From positions 1 through 59,081 of the forward strand of contig JBKJIS010000028.1 of the NCBI GenBank assembly GCA_046598305.1: DNA of 59,081 nt, given 5' to 3'. Position 1 is the first letter of the stretch. Every line of letters begins with the position of its first letter. A program made the translations under genes and the position numbers. Shown here piece after piece: positions 54,148 through 59,081 of this stretch. The notes under the pieces were generated by a model. That model saw only the letters and a program-made list of their open reading frames with translations, did not search any database and was not told where the DNA came from. This DNA comes from Thiobacillus sp. Lineage in GTDB: Bacteria; Pseudomonadota; Gammaproteobacteria; Burkholderiales; Thiobacillaceae.

Positions 54148-55388
54148 GTGTTAATGCGTCCCAAATACGTTTCGGTCATCGTGCGCGCCCGGCAATCTGC
54201 ATCGAGTAATTCATCAAGGGTTTGAACTGCGCCGTCAGCCAGCTTATTCAGGGTATGGGCAATGCTCGCCGCGATGGCATTGAACGGAATGGAGCCGTCC
54301 AGAAAGCGCGCCACCGCCACTTCGTTGGCTGCATTCAGCACGGCAGAAGCGTTCCCTCCCGAATGCAATGCATCAAACGCCAACTGCAGACAAGGAAAGC
54401 GTGCCGTGTCAGGCGCTTCGAAGGTGAGCTGCTTGCCCATCAACTCAAGGGCCGACACCCCTGCCTCGATGCGCTCGGGAAAGCCCAGCGCGTAAGCAAT
54501 CGGGGTACGCATGTCGGGCGTGCCCATCTGCGCAATCACCGAGCCATCGGCATATTCAACCATCGAATGCACGATGCTTTGCGGATGCACCACCACCTTG
54601 ATTTGCTCAGGGCGCGCATTGAACAGCCAGCGCGCCTCGATCACTTCGAGCCCCTTGTTCATCAGGCTTGCCGAGTCGACCGAGATTTTTTTCCCCATGA
54701 CCCAGTTGGGATGGGCGACCGCTTGCGCGGGCGTGGCAGCGGCAATGGCTTCAGCGGACCAGGTGCGGAAAGGACCACCGGAAGCGGTGAGCCACAAACA
54801 CGTCACCCCGGCGCGCTGAAAATCACCCTCAAAACCCCGTGGTAGCGACTGGAAAATCGCATTGTGCTCAGAATCGATTGGCAGCAGTTCGGCGCCACTT
54901 GCGGCGATTGCATCCATGAACAACTGGCCGGACACCACCAGTGTCTCTTTATTCGCGAGCAGTATTCTTTTGCCTGCCTGCGCCGCGGCCAGGGTGGCAG
55001 GCAGGCCCGCAGCACCCACGATGGCGGCCATGACGGTATCGACTTCAGCGGCAGTTGCCACTTCGATCAACGCATCAGCACCTTCCAGCACGGTCACCGC
55101 AAGCTTCTCTTCCGCGATGCGTGCGCGCAATGCCTGTGCCGCTGCAGGCTCGCTCATCACCGCCACGCGCGGCCGGTGGGCACGACACTGCTCGACCATG
55201 CGTTCGACCTGGGTCGCGCCGGTCAGGGCAAAAATTTCAAACCGGCCCGGATGGCGCGACACGACATCGAGCGTATTGACGCCGATGGTGCCGGTGGAGC
55301 CCAACACGGTCATTACGCGCGCGGGGTTGCCACCTGGCTTGATTCCGTCTGGATTCTGAGCGCTTGATTTCATGCCGCTTGATTTCAT
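54144..55388 (-). CDS. dxr: 1-deoxy-D-xylulose-5-phosphate reductoisomerase
   Basis: [31 protein letters not shown]; start 55388 or 55373. Confidence 0.95.
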   Translation of the reverse strand: MKSSGMKSSAQNPDGIKPGGNPARVMTVLGSTGTIGVNTLDVVSRHPGRFEIFALTGATQVERMVEQCRAHRPRVAVMSEPAAAQALRARIAEEKLAVTVLEGADALIEVATAAEVDTVMAAIVGAAGLPATLAAAQAGKRILLANKETLVVSGQLFMDAIAASGAELLPIDSEHNAIFQSLPRGFEGDFQRAGVTCLWLTASGGPFRTWSAEAIAAATPAQAVAHPNWVMGKKISVDSASLMNKGLEVIEARWLFNARPEQIKVVVHPQSIVHSMVEYADGSVIAQMGTPDMRTPIAYALGFPERIEAGVSALELMGKQLTFEAPDTARFPCLQLAFDALHSGGNASAVLNAANEVAVARFLDGSIPFNAIAASIAHTLNKLADGAVQTLDELLDADCRARTMTETYLGRINT

Positions 55389-56191
55389 GCAGCGTGCTCC
55401 AGCCACATCAACATGCCCACGGCGATCGGCAGGGTGGAGGTCAGAGCGTCAATCCGATCAAGCACACCGCCATGGCCAGGCAGCATGGTCCCGCTGTCTT
55501 TCATGCCAGAAACGCGCTTTATCCATGACTCGAACAAATCGCCCAACACTGACAGATAGAGCAATCCCGACACTATAAAAACCAATGACAATACGGGAAT
55601 CCCGACCCATAGACTCAATGCACCTGCATACAGCGCGAGCGCGACCCATGCACCCGCAACACCTTCCCAGGTTTTTCCGGGGCTGATTGTGGGTGCGAGC
55701 TTGCGACGTCCAAAATGACGTCCGGCAAAATAGGCTGCGGTATCGGCAATCCAGACAATCGCCAACACGCCCAGCAATACAGCGGGGCCGCGCGCATGCA
55801 AATACTGGAGTGCCACCCAGGTCGGCACGATCAGTACGACGCCGACCAGGGCGCGCACAAACACCTGCTGCGCACGCCACTGGCTGAGCAACCACAGCGG
55901 GGCAACCAGCAGCCAGAACCCCATTGCCAGCACGATGAGTCCCGCCTGAAATGCAGGCCACTTTTCAGCCAAAACAGGGGGTAAAGCCAACGCAGAAAGC
56001 GCCAGCAACGCTGCATAAACGCGCGCTGACAGCGGTGGGAAATCACTCAGACGCGCCCATTCGTAGGCAGCCAGGCCAGCCACCACCGCCATCAATGCCG
56101 CCCACACCCACTCCGGGGCCCAAAACACAGCAGATACAAACACGCCCAGCAAGACCAAGGCTGTAAGTACCCGCCTGAATAGCGGTGTCAT
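55385..56191 (-). CDS. cdsA: Phosphatidate cytidylyltransferase
   Basis: [41 protein letters not shown]. Confidence 0.93.
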   Translation of the reverse strand: MTPLFRRVLTALVLLGVFVSAVFWAPEWVWAALMAVVAGLAAYEWARLSDFPPLSARVYAALLALSALALPPVLAEKWPAFQAGLIVLAMGFWLLVAPLWLLSQWRAQQVFVRALVGVVLIVPTWVALQYLHARGPAVLLGVLAIVWIADTAAYFAGRHFGRRKLAPTISPGKTWEGVAGAWVALALYAGALSLWVGIPVLSLVFIVSGLLYLSVLGDLFESWIKRVSGMKDSGTMLPGHGGVLDRIDALTSTLPIAVGMLMWLEHAA

Positions 56192-56218
56192 AAGGGCACC
56201 TCTAAAAATCCAGATTTC
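56191..56218. repeat. Solo terminal repeat of MITE family A between uppS and cdsA
   Basis: TAAGGGCACCTCTAAAAATCCAGATTTC is identical to 7903-7930. Confidence 0.75.
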
Positions 56219-56219
56219 T

Positions 56220-56981
56220 TCACGATAAAGCGCGAACCTGATCGCTGGTTCGGCCAAAACGACGTTCACGGGCACGGTAAGACGTGAGCGCTGCGTCAAG
56301 TGCTTTCGCATCAAAGTCGGGCCACAAGGCATCGGTGAAATGCAATTCGGTATAAGCCAGTTGCCACAGCAGAAAGTTACTGATGCGCTGCTCGCCGCCG
56401 GTACGTATAAAGAGATCCGGTTCGGGCGCGTCGGCAACGCTGAGTTGCTGCGCCAGCAAGTCTTCATTGACCGAGTCGGGCGCTACGCCCGATTCCATCA
56501 AACGCTTGACGGCCTGCACGATATCCCACCGCCCGCCATAATTGGCGGCAACGGTAAACGTAAGGCGCGTGTTGTTAATGGTGAGTGCTTCAGCGTCTCG
56601 AATCAGGGACTGGATGCGGTCGGAAAACCCCGACAAGTCTCCGATCACCCGAAACCGGATGTCGTTTTCGTGCAGGCGTGCGACCTCGTTTTCCAGTGCA
56701 CGCATGAACAATTCCATCAACAGAGTGACTTCTTCCTGTGGACGTCGCCAGTTTTCAGAGCTGAAGGCAAAAACGGTTAGATGTGACACGCCGCGCTCGG
56801 CACACGCACGGATGACGCCGCGCAAGGCCTCAACGCCCTTGCGATGTCCGGCTACACGCGGCATCAACCGGCGCTTCGCCCAGCGACCATTTCCATCCAT
56901 GATGATAGCAATGTGCCGAGGCACATCAGGACGTGTTGGAGTTGTTTGCTTCGCGCGGTCAGACACGCCGAATATGCTCAC
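56220..56981 (-). CDS. uppS: Undecaprenyl diphosphate synthase
   Basis: [38 protein letters not shown]; GTG start abuts the MITE. Confidence 0.95.
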   Translation of the reverse strand: MSIFGVSDRAKQTTPTRPDVPRHIAIIMDGNGRWAKRRLMPRVAGHRKGVEALRGVIRACAERGVSHLTVFAFSSENWRRPQEEVTLLMELFMRALENEVARLHENDIRFRVIGDLSGFSDRIQSLIRDAEALTINNTRLTFTVAANYGGRWDIVQAVKRLMESGVAPDSVNEDLLAQQLSVADAPEPDLFIRTGGEQRISNFLLWQLAYTELHFTDALWPDFDAKALDAALTSYRARERRFGRTSDQVRALS

Positions 56982-57147
56982 TAGTGTCGTGAATCAGAAA
57001 TAGGGGAACACAATGAAACGGATGGATTTTTTCGCGTGGCAAGGCGCGAGGAGGCGACATAGCTGGCTCTATGGCAACGACGAGCAACGCCGCTATGCGG
57101 AAAAACACGCCGTTTCATGTTGCGATATTTCTGATTCACGACACTAG
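56981..57147. mobile_element. MITE-like hairpin element, family B
   Basis: Perfect 18-bp terminal inverted repeats TGTCGTGAATCAGAAATA flanked by CTAG on both sides; long internal stem; no ORF. Confidence 0.8.
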
Positions 57148-58374
57148 ATGCCGCGCTTTAGCTATACCGGCCGCACCCAAGGCGGCGAGAAGGCGCAGGG
57201 CATCCTTGAAGCGGACAGTGCGGCCGAGTGTGCGAGCCGCCTGCTGCAAAGCGGCATTTCGCCCGTCACCATTCGGGAAACCGGCCAGTCCGAGCGGCGC
57301 GATGGGGGAACGGGCGGGCTAAGCCTCTTCGCGCCCACCGTCAAGGCCATCGACGTGCAGTTGTTCTCGCGTCAGCTCTATACCCTGATGCGCGCGGGGG
57401 TCCCCATTTTGCGTTCGCTGTCCGGGCTTATCGAGTCGACTTCCCATATCGCGTTTGCCCGGGTGATCGTCTCCCTCAGGGAGTCGCTCGAAGCCGGACG
57501 CGACCTGTCTACGGCCATGCGTCAGCATCCCGCGGTCTTCTCGCCTTTTTACGTCGCGATGGTGCGGGTAGGCGAGGCGACCGGCCGCCTGGATGAAATT
57601 TTTCTGCGGATGTTCGAACACCTCGAATTCGAGCGCGAAACCCGGGCCCGCATCAAGGAAGCCCTGCGTTACCCGAGCTTCGTCCTCATCGCCATGGTGG
57701 TCGCGGTCTCGGTCATCAATGTGTTCGTCATCCCGGCCTTCGCCAAAGTTTATGCCGGCATGGGCGCCGAATTGCCACTGATGACGAGAATCCTCATCGA
57801 AACCTCGCGCATCACCCTGGCCTATGGCTGGTTCATGCTGGCGGGCGGGGTGCTGGCGGTGGCCGGGTTTCGCGTGTGGCGCGCCACCGACGGCGGGCGT
57901 CTGATATGGGACCGCTTCAAGCTCAGGCTGCCCTTGACCGGCTCGATTGTGCTCAGGAGCACGCTCGCCCGGTTCGCCCGCACCTTGGCGCTTTCCATGA
58001 AAAGCGGCATCCCCGCGGCACAAGCGCTCTCGATCGTGGCCGAAGTCACCGACAACGCCTGGATCGCCTCGCGCGTCGAGCAAATGCGCAATGGCATCGA
58101 GCGCGGCGAATCCATCCTGCGCACCGCGCAGACCGCAGCCGTGTTTAACCCCGTGGTGCTGCAAATGATCGCCGTCGGCGAAGAGACCGGCAGCATCGAC
58201 GAACTCATGCAGGAAGTCGCCGAGATGTACGAGCGCGAAGTGGACTACGAAATCAAGACGCTCGCCGCCCGCATCGAACCGCTCATCATCGCCGCCATGG
58301 GCGGCATCGTCCTGGTGCTGGCGCTTGGCGTGTTTCTGCCAATGTGGGACCTGGCCAGCGTGGCCATTAAATGA
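57148..58374 (+). CDS. mshG: Type II secretion/T4P platform protein (GspF family, MshG-like)
   Basis: FSRQL..L..AGVP, GEATGRL, RYP, LQMIAVGEETG, IEP, LPMWD. Confidence 0.8.
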   Translation: MPRFSYTGRTQGGEKAQGILEADSAAECASRLLQSGISPVTIRETGQSERRDGGTGGLSLFAPTVKAIDVQLFSRQLYTLMRAGVPILRSLSGLIESTSHIAFARVIVSLRESLEAGRDLSTAMRQHPAVFSPFYVAMVRVGEATGRLDEIFLRMFEHLEFERETRARIKEALRYPSFVLIAMVVAVSVINVFVIPAFAKVYAGMGAELPLMTRILIETSRITLAYGWFMLAGGVLAVAGFRVWRATDGGRLIWDRFKLRLPLTGSIVLRSTLARFARTLALSMKSGIPAAQALSIVAEVTDNAWIASRVEQMRNGIERGESILRTAQTAAVFNPVVLQMIAVGEETGSIDELMQEVAEMYEREVDYEIKTLAARIEPLIIAAMGGIVLVLALGVFLPMWDLASVAIK

Positions 58375-58497
58375 AAAAATTGTTGAGCATGCCCATCATG
58401 CATTTAAGTTTCGGCCATGCGTGCCGTAACAACATCTGTGGCCGCGTTGCGTGAAGACGCGTCTATTAACAAACATTCTGAATAAATGGAGAACACA

Positions 58498-59046
58498 ATG
58501 AAATCAAACCAACACGGCTTTACCATGATCGAGTTGATCGTCGTCATCGTCATCCTCGGCATTCTGGCCGCAGTGGCGCTGCCGCGCTTCACCAACATCC
58601 AGACCGATGCGCGCGTCGCCAAGCTCAACGCGGCGCGCGGCGCGGTGCAGGCGGCTACCGGCATAATTAATGGCACCGTGCTGGTTCGCGGTGGCGTGGA
58701 AGATCTGGCTAACTGCACTGGAGGCGCAGTCAAAGCCAACAACTCAGCCGGTGCGACCGGAACCGTGTGTACCGCAAGCGGTATGGTCAACAACGTCTTC
58801 GGCTTTCCTGCGGGGACCCTCAATGGCATTATCGACGCCGCCGGGCTGACCTCAGTCTTTCCTGCGACTGCTACTGACTTGACCGCCGAAGGCTATGCAG
58901 CAACCGTGGTTGCGGGCCCCCCCGGTGCCGTCACGGTCCAGGTCACGGGTGGCACGGATGCGACCAAGTGCGCGTTCACCTATACTGCGGCAGCGGCTGC
59001 AGGCGCCGCTCCCGTTATCAGCGTCATCAATCGTGCCGGCTGCTAA
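58498..59046 (+). CDS. Type IV pilin, MSHA major/minor pilin-like
   Basis: Prepilin cleavage site G|FTMIELIVVIVILGILAAVALPRF..Q.DAR; C-terminal Cys pair; RBS GGAG. Confidence 0.85.
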   Translation: MKSNQHGFTMIELIVVIVILGILAAVALPRFTNIQTDARVAKLNAARGAVQAATGIINGTVLVRGGVEDLANCTGGAVKANNSAGATGTVCTASGMVNNVFGFPAGTLNGIIDAAGLTSVFPATATDLTAEGYAATVVAGPPGAVTVQVTGGTDATKCAFTYTAAAAAGAAPVISVINRAGC

Positions 59047-59081
59047 GCAGTAACGGGATGCCGTGAGAGCCCCCACCGCTC

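Noticed and set aside
56192-56467. N-terminally extended 360-aa CdsA
   Set aside because: It overlaps uppS and reads through the MITE remnant; the normal-length start is at 56191.

Overview
A chromosomal window from a sulfur-oxidizing betaproteobacterium, Thiobacillus-like by gene content (inference). Core genes: the 3' end of pepN, recQ, lysS, acnA, pip, xseB-ispA-dxs-folE2, obgE-rpmA-rplU, ispB, tRNA-Pro(CGG) and uppS-cdsA-dxr-rseP-bamA-skp-lpxD-fabZ-lpxA-lpxB-rnhB. Sulfur locus: sat-aprB-aprA with no aprM or qmo. It is followed by a tight five-gene cluster: YkgJ-like Cys protein, DUF4124, a CbbQ/NorQ-type AAA+ ATPase, a CbbO/NorD-type VWA protein and a small hypothetical, with no Rubisco or Nor genes nearby. 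Accessory content: a GbsR-family operon with a duplicated operator, and a vapBC pair translationally coupled to lysS. A ~9-kb signalling block (hybrid kinase, REC-GGEEF, lipocalin/AttH-like protein, porin plus periplasmic protein) is bracketed by inverted transposase-tail remnants and holds a group II intron RNA remnant. Two colliding pseudogenes follow the tRNA. Two families of hairpin MITEs share identical internal 10-mers. One MITE sits exactly at a synteny break between uppS and mshG, and a remnant of the other supplies the cdsA RBS. No CRISPR array, prophage or intact transposase was seen. All family calls come from motif recognition; no database searches were run.
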